Assembly (NCBI RefSeq): GCF_036321535.1
Contig: NC_087447.1
Span: forward strand, 34,288,001-34,352,000
From: Camelus dromedarius
Lineage: Eukaryota
DNA length: 64,000 nt
Direction: 5' to 3'
Shown: piece by piece, positions 46,269 through 58,270 of the stretch
Position numbering within the stretch: position 1 is the first letter of the stretch
Layout: each line of letters starts with the position of its first letter
Made by a program: the position numbers and the translations under genes
Notes under the pieces: model-generated
Told to the model about the DNA's origin: nothing
Seen by the model: the letters and a program-made list of their open reading frames with translations, nothing else
The model's database searches: none

Positions 46269-49200
46269 TGAAATCTTAGGCCCTGGTAGACATTCAACAA
46301 ATGATGGTTACTGAATTTGAAACTGACCTCCAAATCAATCAGTATGCTTGCTTAGCACAACCTAGCCCAGATGCTAGGTGCCCCAGGATACTCCCCGAGA
46401 AGAACTAGAATATTTCCTGGGTGTTTAGTGCTGACTAGAGTTCTCACTGAAGTTCAGCAGTTCTATTAAACATACTGGGAAAGAGTCTGCCCTTGTCTCT
46501 CCAGGGCCTGGGACAGCCAAGGAGGTCCTCAAAATTGTGCCCAGTCCCCAGCCCAGCCACCCTGTAACCCAACAAGAGGTGGCCTAAAAGGCAGACCGAC
46601 AGTGAGCAGCTCCAGTTCTTCTAACAGGAAGCTATTTTTAATCTTAGCAGCAGTGGAAACTGTATACATTAACATAATCTCAACCTCACCAACTACTTCT
46701 AGTTTTTCATAAAAAAAAAAATTTCACAATCAAAGCCATGCCCAGTTCCTGTCTGGAGTTGGTTGATACAGAGAAGGGGAGAGACATTGGGTCACTGCTG
46801 CACCCTATGAGTGGACAGTATGTTTTGAAATGTCACCACCCACCCATCCTCCATGGACCTCTCTCTGCCCCTTGAGCTGCCTTGAGCCAAAAACTCTTTG
46901 GAAAGATACCGTTTCTGGAGGCTGATACTGGCTGCCGGACAGGTGCTGGCAGGTCAGGCTGATGGAGGCCCCAAATTGAGCAGATGGCAGCAGACAGCAC
47001 CCAGGTGGGCAGCTCCCAGCACTCAAACTCCTTCCTCCCCCACGATGTCAGCCTCCCGACTTCAGTTTGTTCTTCCCATCCCTGCAGGTTATTTTTACCA
47101 CGGGAAAAAAAGTGATGCTATATCTGCATTTTACCCTGAAACAATTCACACCAGCTCCCTCAAAAAAGCACCCAACAGATGGCTTTGGTCCCTTGTGCTC
47201 AGAGAAACAGCAAACCTCCTGGGCTGTTGGCAAGTTATTAAAATCTCATGCATCATGCAGAAGGCAAGGCTTCAAATGCCTTTGTTCAGAAAGGCATCGA
47301 AGTGAGGAGTTCGAGTCCTGCCTGTGATTTCAGCTGTACAATTCCAAGCACAAGCCAGTGACCTGGCCTCGCTCTGCCACCGTCTCCTCCCATGTTAAAT
47401 GAGGGTAACAACAGTGTTAGTTTCAGGAATAGGATTAAATTAGTCAATCCACTGCCTGGCACATAGTACGTGCTCTATAAGTATTGGCTAGAACTATTAC
47501 TACCTCTGATGGAAACCTTTGCAGGGCTGGAAAGGAAATCTACAAGGCCCTGTCTAGGATGCCAGGGAGAGGGCTGTTCCCGGGGCTTCACTCACCCCAA
47601 TACCACCCATGTGTCTGGCCGAGGGAGCCAGGGAGATTGGGCAGTGGCCCAGGCTGAGCTCACTGAGATGCCAGGTACCGGTTTACACCCCCTATGGAGT
47701 GGGGCTGGAGTGACAACTGCAGCTTACAAGTAGTGAGCGCTAACTATGGTCTAGGTCCTGGGCTAAGCACGTCACAGGCCTTCTCTGGTTTAGTCTCCTC
47801 AGCACTACGTGGAAGGTATTGTCGTTATCACCATGTTGCAAATGAGAAAACCAAAGTCACACAGAAGTAAGTGTGAGGCCAGGACCCAGCTCTGATCTGG
47901 CCAACCAGAGATATCGTGACTTATAATGACTACATGCCACCGAGGTGGGGCTGGAGGGGGAGGGCTGTTGCCCATTATCCCAGCCTGACAGGAGGCTCAG
48001 GGCCTGACCTGGCCCTCCACAGCAGACCCGGCCGAGACAGTGTGTGGCTCATGGCATTCCCGGAGATTCAGTCCAAAGCCTCTGGATTCCAGGCAGTGTT
48101 GGTGGGAAGCTCAGGCAGAGACTCTAGCCCTCTCATTGTTATCTATTTTTGGGGGGTGGGATATGTGAACCCCTCCTGTCACTGCCCAGCCCACAGGGAT
48201 TACTCATTTCCCCACCTCCATTAGCCAAGCTTCCAAAAGTCTATTAAAATGCAGCCACATGACCTGGAAGGAGGGACACCTAACCCAGCCGGCAGTGAAT
48301 GCTCAAGTGTGGAGTGCTTTGCATCAGACTGAGAGCAGCAGGAAGGAAGGGCAAAGGGTTCAAGAGAAAGGGACGCAGGCCATCATGATTTGAGGCCGCA
48401 CACCCTGACGGAAGGAGACGGCTGGCACGAGCCTTCTCAAAACTGACCCATCCAGGGTCCACTCCTCGGAAGCCATCCTCCCCGTGACCTCTCTCATGCT
48501 GAGGAGTGTGTGCCCGGCACTGGTTTATTACAGTCTGTCTTTCAAATACTGCATTTACATTTTATCACAGGCATTTTGAAAACTGCCACCTTGTTTTTGC
48601 TGGCCAGGTGGTCACTTCACCAATAACTACCGCTGGGAAGTTGGCTTGTACCAAGAAGTAACAGTTTCCCTTGGAGTTACAACACAGCCTCCCTTCCCTC
48701 ATCCCTTCCTCAACACAGGGCACCGAGTCCTGTGCCTGATTGTCCTCCAGTGACTCTTAGATCCACTTGTTCCTCTCAATGCCCATCCCTATTCCAGGCC
48801 CCGAGTGCCTCTCTGTGCCAGTTTCCTCATCTGTAAATTGGGGCTGATAATAGTACCTTCCTTTTAAGACAGTTGGACTCATTTAACAAGTTAATAAATC
48901 TAAAACTCTTAGAATAGTATCTAGCACATAGTAAGCACTGAGTAAACACTGGCCATTCTCACCGTCACCACCATCAGCAATAGTGCCAAGACTACCGGCA
49001 ATCCCTAGTCAGGTCTCCAGTCTCCATCCTTTTCAGTGTCCTGAAATGAATCCCTTCTGCGCTATTTTCAGCCTGCCCTCTCCTGCTCAGAATCCCATCA
49101 CAGCTCCCCACTCTCTGGGATTGAGACCAACTGTCCCAGACTGGTCTCCAAGGCCCTCATTCCCCAGCCTCAAGACTGCCTTGACCGGCACCTCTTATAT

Positions 49201-51663
49201 GTATCGGGCCAAAGCGGGTCTCCCCAATGTCATCTCTCACTGCATGATGGCCACGTTCATTTCTGCCTCCAGGCCTTGCCCAGCCTCTTCTGGGCCTCAG
49301 AAAACCCTCCTTCCTCCCTCCACGTATCCAAAATCCTTTATCCTCTTGAAGGAAAGAGGGGAGATGAGAAACCAGCTCCCGTCCCATCTCCCTCAGAAAC
49401 CTGGTCCTCTGTTCTGAAGTTCAGCACTAATGGCCCCAGGCGGCTTAATGCCAACAATGTAGTAGGTGGAGCATCTCATGTCCTCAGCTGGAAACTCACA
49501 GGTGAGCCCATGCCCTAAAGGCAGACCCAGGTGCACAGGTGAGAGCCAGCAAGTCACAGGCTCCGGAGACCAACACTCTTGAACTCAAAAGCTTGTGCTA
49601 TCATTTTCCAGGCACTTGACCTAAATCAAATCAGCCAGCTTCTTCATTTGCTCACCTGCAACATGGGTCTCAGGCCTAACCCCAGCGGGTACTCGGGGGA
49701 CCTAACCCGAGGATGTAAGGAAGCCCCACAGCAGGGCTGGGCACACAGCAGGCACTTAGCAAGGGTTAGCTCCTCCCCCTCCCTTCAGCACTCCTGGGCT
49801 GTCTATCATTATTCCAGTAGAAACCAGAGTACCACCCAAAGGAGCAATTTAATTCAGTTGCTCCCAAAGGAGGGTGAAGCATTCATGTAAGAGGCTCACC
49901 CCCACCCACTCCTCAGAAATGCCCCATCTTTTCAAAGCTGCTTTTGTGTTAAAGACAATAAAACTAGCATCCAGGCTAACAGCAGAATTGTGCGCATCGG
50001 CTGACAAAAAAGTTTAAGAGGGTAATAGAAACGCCCACATCTCAGATTTCAAGCCCAGCAAAGGAAGAATGGAGGTTGTGAGGCGCATCCATCCTCAGAT
50101 CCCTAAGGGATGCTCTTTCTCCCCACCTCCCAGGAGGCTGGCTGGGGCAGGGCTTAGCGCAAACAGGCATGTCAGGATCTCACGGAGACATCCAGGTATC
50201 TGGACCAGACCATGACTGGGCAAGGAGGGCCTGAAACCAGCTGGACCGCAGAGAGGTGTCCAGATGAAAGCCAGAAGCAGAGTCCCCTGAAGACAGGTAG
50301 CCAGGCCTCCTGAGAACCAGGGGCAGTTTCCCACAGCCATCCTCTGGCTATGCCTCTTTGGGCTGGCTACTTAACATCTCTCACCTTCATTTCTCCACCT
50401 GATCATTACCAGTTCACAAAGTTGTTAAGACACTCAAATAAGACCCTGTTAATCACTGCCCACTCTTTGGGTACTGGCTCTGTGCCAGGCTCCATGATGA
50501 CTGATTTATGTGAACGGTCTCCTTCCGTCCTCTCAACCACGCCTGTGAGGCTCCATTTCACAGAGGAGGAAACCAAGGCACAGGGAGGTGCTCCCTGTAC
50601 TTACCTGAGGTCATAGAGTAGAGACAGGACTTGAACCCAGGCCTGTTGGAATCCCCAGCCTATGCTTTTAATCATTATGCTTTGCAAACAGTAAAATACC
50701 ACATCACTATTATTCATCCGAGACAGAAGGAGGATGCTATAAAAGACTGACTATAATAATGCCAGGCAGAGAACCAGCATGCTGAGGGGGTCAGTCCAGA
50801 GGGGCATGGGACAGGCATGGGGCCCAAGCATTCCTGGCCCCCTGTATTTCCCCTCTCCTTCCACTCCTAGCCCCATGCCCCAACACCCATACCCCCAACA
50901 CACACACACGTTCCATCTAGAACCCTGCAATGGCAATACACATTCACATTCATCATTTCACTTGGAATCTCACATGGGTCCCAAAGGCAAGGAATATTGT
51001 TCCCACTTTATAGATGAGGAAAACCGAGTCTCAGAGAGGTTAAATGACTTACTTAGGGACACAGAGCTTGTCAGCCCTGTGATGCAGCCCAGGATTTCAA
51101 TTCGGATCCTCTAAGTCCAAGACCTCTATTTTTCACGTTAGTTATCCCTGCAGGCATGGTCGAGATGCAGATGCCCTCCTGGGATTTCAGAGACCCCATC
51201 TGTGACTCCCTCCACTGACCTTCAGCGTTCGTGGTTTGCTGAATTGTGGTTGCTCTTTTGTTCACTACATGTCTCCCCTATTAGCCCAGAAGCTCCTTTG
51301 AGGGCAGAAGCCACATCTGGCTTGTTCACCATTAAGTCGTCAGGGTTCAGCCCAGTGTAATTAGCAGGTGCTCAGTAAATAATCACCAACTGGAAATGCA
51401 CCTCAAAGCTTCCCTTCCCACTGTGGGATCTGGGGGAGAAAGATGCAGCTCGCAGAAGTGGAGGTGAGTAAGAGCAATGGGGCAGTGGCCAGCTTTCAGT
51501 AAGCACCTACTAAGTGCAGCTTCCTGTACTCTAGGTCTAGGAAGCAGGAGGTGGAGGGTGGGTGCAGGAGAGACCTTCCCCATATGCCCTGCCTGGTGTC
51601 GTGGAGGAAAACCTAGCCGAGTCCTAGCGTCCCCACATGTGTACCCATGGTGGCTTCCTTAGC

Positions 51664-51900
51664 TAGGGTTGTCAGATTTCACAGTTGAAAACACAGGGTA
51701 CCACGTTAAATTTGAACTTCAGACAAACAACCGATCATTTTTTAGTTTAAGTATATCCCATTACACACCAAAGGGACCCACATCTTGGTTCAATCTTTAT
51801 CTATTATTAATACCTGTTACATCATTAAACATAAATTTTAAATTACTCATTAATTTATCTGAAATTCAAATTGAACTGGGTTTTTGCCTAGTGACCTACC
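51664..51900. mobile_element. MER53 palindromic hAT-type MITE
   Basis: tagggttgtcagattt...gttaaatttgaacttcagacaaacaa...tttatctgaaattcaaattgaactggg; the arms are self-complementary. Confidence 0.85.
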
Positions 51901-52619
51901 TGTGGGTGCCCTAAGTTGTCAGGTGAGGGGGATGTTATTTCTCCAAATGGGCTGAGAACGATGCCCCTGAGGACCAAGGGGACACTGGAAGGGGCTGACC
52001 ACAGTCCCCAGTGTCCAAGGAGCAGGCTTGGCCTGGGAACAAGAGGAGGCTGAGAGGTGGCCTGCTCCATGGCCTGCCTGGACTGGGGAGGAATGTGGAG
52101 CCCACCCCAGGTGCTCCCCATTAAGCAGAGCTGGCATTTCAGCGCACGTCAGAGGCGCTGGCTTCTGGCCCTGGAAGTCAGCATCTGGCCCCCGAGCCAG
52201 CACTGCCCGCCTGGCCCCAGCCCTCTCACCTTAGTGGACCCAGACCAAGGGCCCCAACAGGCCATTGTTATCCGGCCCGCGCCTCAATGGGGCCATTCAG
52301 GGTCTCTGCAAAGGCCCCTCTGGGGGCACTTCCTCCTCCCCCTCCGGGGTGCCCTTGGCCGCAGCCTTCGCCTGTGTGGGTGGGGTGTCTGGCTGTGGTG
52401 AAAGCAGCCAGCAGACGGGGCAACATCACTGAAGACTGGATTGTTGACAGAGGCTACGGAAATGCTCCACATGTCACGAGACCCCAGGGCACTCTGCCCA
52501 CATGGTGCCCCTGTCCCATCCCACCCTGGGGTTCCAAAGGGCCTGCACCTGACAGCTGAGCAGCAGGGCCTCCCCCACATTCACTGAGGAACTGAGGGCA
52601 CTTGGTCAGAATCAGACAG

Positions 52620-52810
52620 AGTGAGTTGAGCCCAGGCTTTGCCAAGTCCCAGCTGTGTGTGATCAGGCAAGTTGTTTCACCTCTCTGAGCCTCTCTTGCT
52701 CCATCTGGAAAACAGGACTCATGAAATTGACCTCCTAAGGTGGAGACTAAATGAGATAAATCATGTAAGGATGAAGACTGGCACATAGACTGGCTGCTGA
52801 ATAAATGTTC
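52620..52810 (+). mobile_element. MIR SINE
   Basis: agctgtgtgtgatcaggcaagttgtttcacctctctgagcctc...ccatctggaaaa...taaatgagataa. Confidence 0.8.
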
Positions 52811-53584
52811 CCTTCCCTCTATCTCTTATTTCTACCTCTTTCTGATCCAGTGAAGACCCCAGAAAATGTGCTCTCCTGGGACCAGCAGATCCAAAGGCCA
52901 CTGCTCAGGGGATAACTTGGTTCAGGCTTTAACAAGGGGCCTGGTGCCCCTTGTAAACCTGGGACTCTGACTCAGTCCCCCCTCAGATCACACAGCCCAG
53001 GATTAAGAGCACTGACACTCAAACTCCTCATCTCACCTCTGGTGCTCTGTCTGCCACCCGACTTCGGGGTCCTGAGGATCTCACATCTCCTTTACCCTTC
53101 CAGATCCCCCACCCCAGATTCTTCCTGAGCCCTGATTTCTGAATGAGCAGAGAGAAAGATGCTGAACTCTACAGACACTGCCAGGCCACTTAAAGGCAGC
53201 CAGCCTGGGCCTCCAGCAGAGCACGAAGGGACACACACTCTGGGTTCATGGCCCTTCGCCAGGAGTCCCTGTTGACCCTTCGCAGTGGTTGACATCCTAG
53301 TATGACGCCCACCCTACATGGTAACCCCAGCCCCCAGCAACAGGGAGAAGATGGAAGGTCCCTTGTCCACCAGAGCCTTCCACTATCTGCTCATCATACC
53401 CAATCCTAAACGTGCTGCCCTGTTCTCTCTGGCTCTGGAATGTGTGCATTCAAACCTCAGCTCCTCTCACCTTATCTAGGTTCCCACTCTTGCCCGCCCC
53501 AAACTCACCGAGCTCCCTCCTTCTCTCAATCACTCAATTTGATCCTCCCCTCTAGACCAGTCTTTGTCAGAGAGTGGGGGCTGC

Positions 53585-53748
53585 AGGCTATCTTCTGCAC
53601 ATCCACTTGGTCACACTTGCCAAAAATACAAATTCCTGGGCCACACCTAGATCAGCAAAATCAGAGTCTCTAGGGCTGGGGCCCAGGATTCTGCATATTT
53701 AACAAGCGCCCGGTCATGCAGATGCACAGTGAAATTTAAGAACCACTG
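53585..53748 (+). mobile_element. MER5-type hAT-Charlie relic
   Basis: aaatacaaattcctgggccacacc...aatcagagtctctagggctggggcccagg...tttaacaagc...tttaagaaccactg. Confidence 0.8.
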
Positions 53749-55837
53749 TCATGGAGGAAGGGGCGTGCTTGGCATCTCTCTCTGGCCCCACCAGACCTTT
53801 CTTTGCACACTCCCTTTCCTGTTAATAACTGTCTGAAAGAATGAATTAATTGGTTTCCTTACTGCCAAATTACACTAATATAATTGAGCTCTGCCATCTC
53901 ATTTCCCAATTGCATTCTCCCTGGACTTACTTGAGAGGTTTCTATCCATATATTATAGTACAACAGAAAACACACACACACACCCCCGAGACACAACATT
54001 TATGGAGAACTCATCACACAGCAGGCACTCGCCACAGGCTTCATACACTTTATGACATTTAATGCTGAGAGCAGCCCTATGAGGTCGTGACTCTAAGGCT
54101 TCCAGAGCAGATAAGGAAGGGGCAAGTTTGTCAGCAACTCACCTCTCACTGTACCTTACGTGGACAGAACTGGAGTCCAAACCGTGGTCTGTGTGGCTGG
54201 GACCACTTGCTTTTACCCACTTCATTATCCTGAATTCTCCAAAGGAGCTGTTCTCAAATCCAGGAGGTATCTCCCCATACTGTGTATCAGAATTCCCTAC
54301 AGAGCCCTGAGAAACAGAGATGCTAAAGCCTCACCCCAGGCCTGTATCTGGAAGGAAGACATCTAGACATGTGTTCTGTTTTGATAGTTGCACATGGTCC
54401 TGGTAAAGAATGACTGGCCACGTGCCCAGGCCATGGCTTGCTCAAGTAAGGTCTAGGGAGAAAACTCAAGCTCCTTGACTCCAAGAACAGTGCTCTTTCA
54501 GCCTCCCCACATTGCCTCACATGCTATGGTGCTGCCAGCAGTCGAAATGGATTTTCTCCAGCCCCTCAAGGAGCATCTGGACACACACATGGTCAGGTGC
54601 CTGCGCACACACACTTGCACATATGCACACACGCAAGCACCTTAGCATCCGGCTCATCATCTTTCAGTCACAGGGCAGCTTCCCTGTCCCCATCAGGACC
54701 CCATATGGACTGGAGAGGGCGCTGGAGATGTCCCTCCTCCAGGTGACTTGGATGGGGTTAAATGAGACAAGACTAGGGCAGCTGGGAAAGGAAGAGAAAG
54801 CCCCCCTCAACTTCTTCCACTCCTTCCTCCTTCCTGAGGACTCCCGAGTGAGGCCACCAAGTCCCTTTCCTCCACCTGCAACGGCCCATGTCTGACTAGG
54901 CCAGAGGTGTGCGCAAGAACAGGTGGTTTCTATGGTACCAGAGACCATGTGAGCAGCTTTTAAATAGCCCTGATTTACACAGAATGAGCCCTGAAAAACT
55001 CCCACATCAGCGTTAGACAACAGTTTCACCAAATAGCCTGATTCAAGGGCTCAACTCATCTGCTCTGCTCTTGTCAATGAGCTTTCCGCAAATCAGTACC
55101 CAACCACAGCATGACCGAGAGAAATGCCTCAGCAGGGAGACGGATTACATTTGCACAGCACCTGCCCAGTGCCGGGGCCTCCATAAGTGGGAATGGAGAC
55201 CCCAGCGTGATCACCCGGGCGAGCCCCTCCCCTTGGTACTCTGGGATGCCCTCCTTCACATGCTGGAACCATTCAATGCAATTTCCAACTACAATTCAAG
55301 GGGAATTGGAAGGAGACTTCCAGACAGCAAAGGATCCTATGGGTCGGGCCCTGTTCAGACCAGAGGAAGAGCTGTCCTCCCTTTGCTGAAGGGGCTGGAG
55401 AGGACTTCACAGCTGACTGAGAAGGGCTTGGATGAAACAGCCTCCACCATCTGAAAGATGCCTTCTCGACCAGTCCAGAGCTCACCGGCAGAGTGGAGAG
55501 CCAAGGTCCTCTGATCCTGAGCTCCCAGGTGAAAGACTGGATCCCTTTCCTTTCTGCAGTTACCAGACGGATTACAGCCTCCCATCATGGTGATCAAGTA
55601 TTAGCTACAAAGCCCAGTGCACAGGTGACTAAGACAGAGCAATGTAAGAAATAGAGTGGCCACGGATGCTGGAAGTGGTGATGCCCTCTTCTAGGGTTGC
55701 CCTGCCCATCGCTCCCATCCCTAATCACAGGGTAGGGTTATTAGAGGCATTGGGAACAGACAGAGGAGGAAACTATTTATAGGAAGGAAGGTTCTCTTAA
55801 GTACCTCTTCTGAAGGGGTGAAGGCATACATGCTCCT

Positions 55838-56000
55838 CTGCTTCTTAAACTTTAATTTGCCTATGAAATATCTTGGGGTCTGGTTAAAATGCAAATTCTG
55901 ATTCAGAAGGTCTGAGGTTATGCCCAAAGTTCTGTCTTCCACCAAGCTTGCAGGTGATGCCATTACTGCCGTCTACAGGCCATATGTTTATTAACAAGGG
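55838..56000 (-). mobile_element. MER5-type hAT-Charlie relic
   Basis: ttcttaaacttt...gttaaaatgcaaattctgattcagaaggtctg...caggtgatgcc. Confidence 0.75.
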
Positions 56001-56024
56001 TTAAAGCACAAAAAGTAGCCAGCA

Positions 56025-56130
56025 GAAAGGAAGGAAGCAAGGAAGGAGGGAAGGGAGGAAGAAGGGAAGGAAGGAGGGAGGGAAGGGGGAAGGAGAGGTG
56101 GGAGTAGAGAAGGAGAGAAGGAAGGAAAAC
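56025..56130. repeat. (GGAA/GGGA)n purine-rich low-complexity tract
   Basis: Direct inspection. Confidence 0.85.
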
Positions 56131-56529
56131 TGAACACAAAATGGAATCAGTGTATTTTGGCAAATCCAATTCTCACCTCCACATTCTACTGTGGATCCAG
56201 CCCTAAACTTGCACCAAGTAAGAGTCTGCTTATAGGGTAAGAATTCCCCAACCTGATCAAAACTATTGCCTTTTTCCAGCGAATCTAACTCACCCACATC
56301 TTTGCGTCAAGACACTGATCTTTGCACTATGATACTCAACCACCCTATGCAGTAAGAGCCCCTCCAAAAGATGCAAAACTGTCAAAGAGAGGGCATTTTG
56401 ACCCACTGGCATCTTAAAGGACACAATGTAGCTTTCTTAGTAGTGTCTGCAGACATGGTGTAAGTAAGATCCCTGGCCTTGGGAGTCAGACCTGGATGCT
56501 AGTCTGCCTGAAATCTTGCACAAGTCTCT

Positions 56530-56890
56530 GTTGTTTATTCACTAAATATTTAGTAAGCACCTCCTATATGCCAGACACTGTGCAGGGGATACAGCTGTGA
56601 ACAAGACAGGCAAAGCCCTTGTTCTCATGGAGTTGAAAGTCTAATAGAGGAAGACAGAAGATAAATACATACGTAACATGTCTAGAGTAGACTGCTCTGG
56701 TTCTGGAGAAAAATAAAGCAAGGTAAGGAGATGTAAAAAGGTGGATTGCTATTTTATAAGGTGGTCAAAATAGGGCCTTGATAAAGTGGCATCTGAGCAG
56801 AGACTGAAGGTAAGAGAATGAGCCATGTCAATATCTGCAGAAGACATTCCAGGCAGCAAGAATAGCAAGTGCAAAGGCCCTGAGGCTCGG
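56530..56890 (-). mobile_element. L2 3' end (reverse)
   Basis: tttattcactaaatatttagtaagcacctcctatatgccagacactg...gtgaacaagacaggc...gtgcaaaggccctgagg. Confidence 0.85.
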
Positions 56891-57439
56891 CTTCATCATC
56901 GGTAAAGAAGTTAAGAAAACAGGGTCTTTGTGATATGGTTCTGAGCTGCCAGAGTGTGCTACTCAGGAACAGGGGAAAATATGGCAGTTGAGGGGATGAC
57001 CTGTTCTGTGTGAATGGGCCCGGGGGTAGGTGGTGAAACCTATAGGCCACCTCGACCATCCCTCCATTTTTACAGTCTTACACATCTCTCTTTACAACTC
57101 TGTTTCGAGGAGCAAATTAGTCAGTTGTTTTTAAGAAACAAAAATAATCTGTCCTGTTAGGGGAGAGACATTTTTAAACCACTGAATGGATTTTTCATTC
57201 CCAGCTTTTTATTTTTATTATTATTGATATATCTCCTCTCCTTCCAGTTCTAAAATAAGCACCCTGTCTGCCCATACACCAATCCAAAGGCAACACACTG
57301 CAGATGGCGTGGGCCTGGGGAGAGCCAGGCGGAGGTCGCTTGGAAGGCACAGACCTGGAGAAAATACACAAAGACAGCCTGGCCAGCCCGGCCTTGCCCA
57401 TGGCCTGCTTCCTCTGAACCCAGGTGACGAGACACTCTT

Positions 57440-57860
57440 AAAAACAGCAATGGAATGTGGTGAGAGTTGGCATTTGCAAATGACAAATTTCTGACCCAAT
57501 TCCAGTTCTCTGGAATGGAAAACCAGCAGCTTCCTGTTACAAAATGTACCAACAGTTCATGCCTAATACATGGGTGTGGGCAATGCATATACTTCAAATC
57601 TAAATTTGGCTAAAAATATAACAAAGCCGGCGTATTTTTAGCCAGGTAAACATTTCTAGGGACTAGGTCAAATTTATATTGGTTTCTGCTCTGCAATCCA
57701 GAGAGTAAATGATTCCAAATGAGTGAGAAGCAGGGACCCAAGGGGAAAGCCACACAGTCTCCCAGGCAGTTGGGAGTCACTGATTCTTCGTGACCATCTC
57801 CAGTCTGGGAGCGCTTCCCATGACTAAACAGTTAGTCCTTTCCCATTAGAGAGGCAGCAC
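57440..57860. promoter_or_regulatory. TEAD/MEF2-like/FOX/AP-1 motif cluster (candidate enhancer)
   Basis: TGGAATGT 57451, TGGAATGG 57511, inverted CTAAAAATA pair 57607-57644, GGTAAACA 57645, TGACTAA 57821; no recognisable repeat. Confidence 0.45.
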
Positions 57861-58074
57861 CTTTTAAAGAACAGAGCCCCAGGCTAGGAAGGCACGTCTT
57901 AGATGAGTTTTATCACCTCTTGTGCTGAAGAATCTGAAACAAGTTGTTTTCCCTCTCTGAGCCCTCGGTTGGGGGTCTCTCCTCCCCACCCTCAGCTAGA
58001 TCTGGGCTAGCTCGAAGCAGCACAGAGGGAGGACCACGCAGTGGGTGAGGATGCAAGCTCTGTCTGCCCTGCCC

Positions 58075-58270
58075 GAATTTCAGGCCCAGCTCCTCCACTG
58101 ATGGAGGGTGATCTTGGGCAAGTTGCTTATGCTCTACCTGCCTTGGTTTACCTGTAAAACGGAGACTAAGGTGCCTCCCTCAGGGGTTAGTGCTTTTGTG
58201 ATGATTAAATGGGAAAATCCATATAAAATGCTTAGAAGAAGGCCCAGCACCTAGTAAGTGCTCGGTAGAT
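58075..58270 (+). mobile_element. MIR SINE
   Basis: gtgatcttgggcaagttgctta...ctgtaaaacgg...tgattaaatg...tgcttagaa...tagtaagtgctc. Confidence 0.8.
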
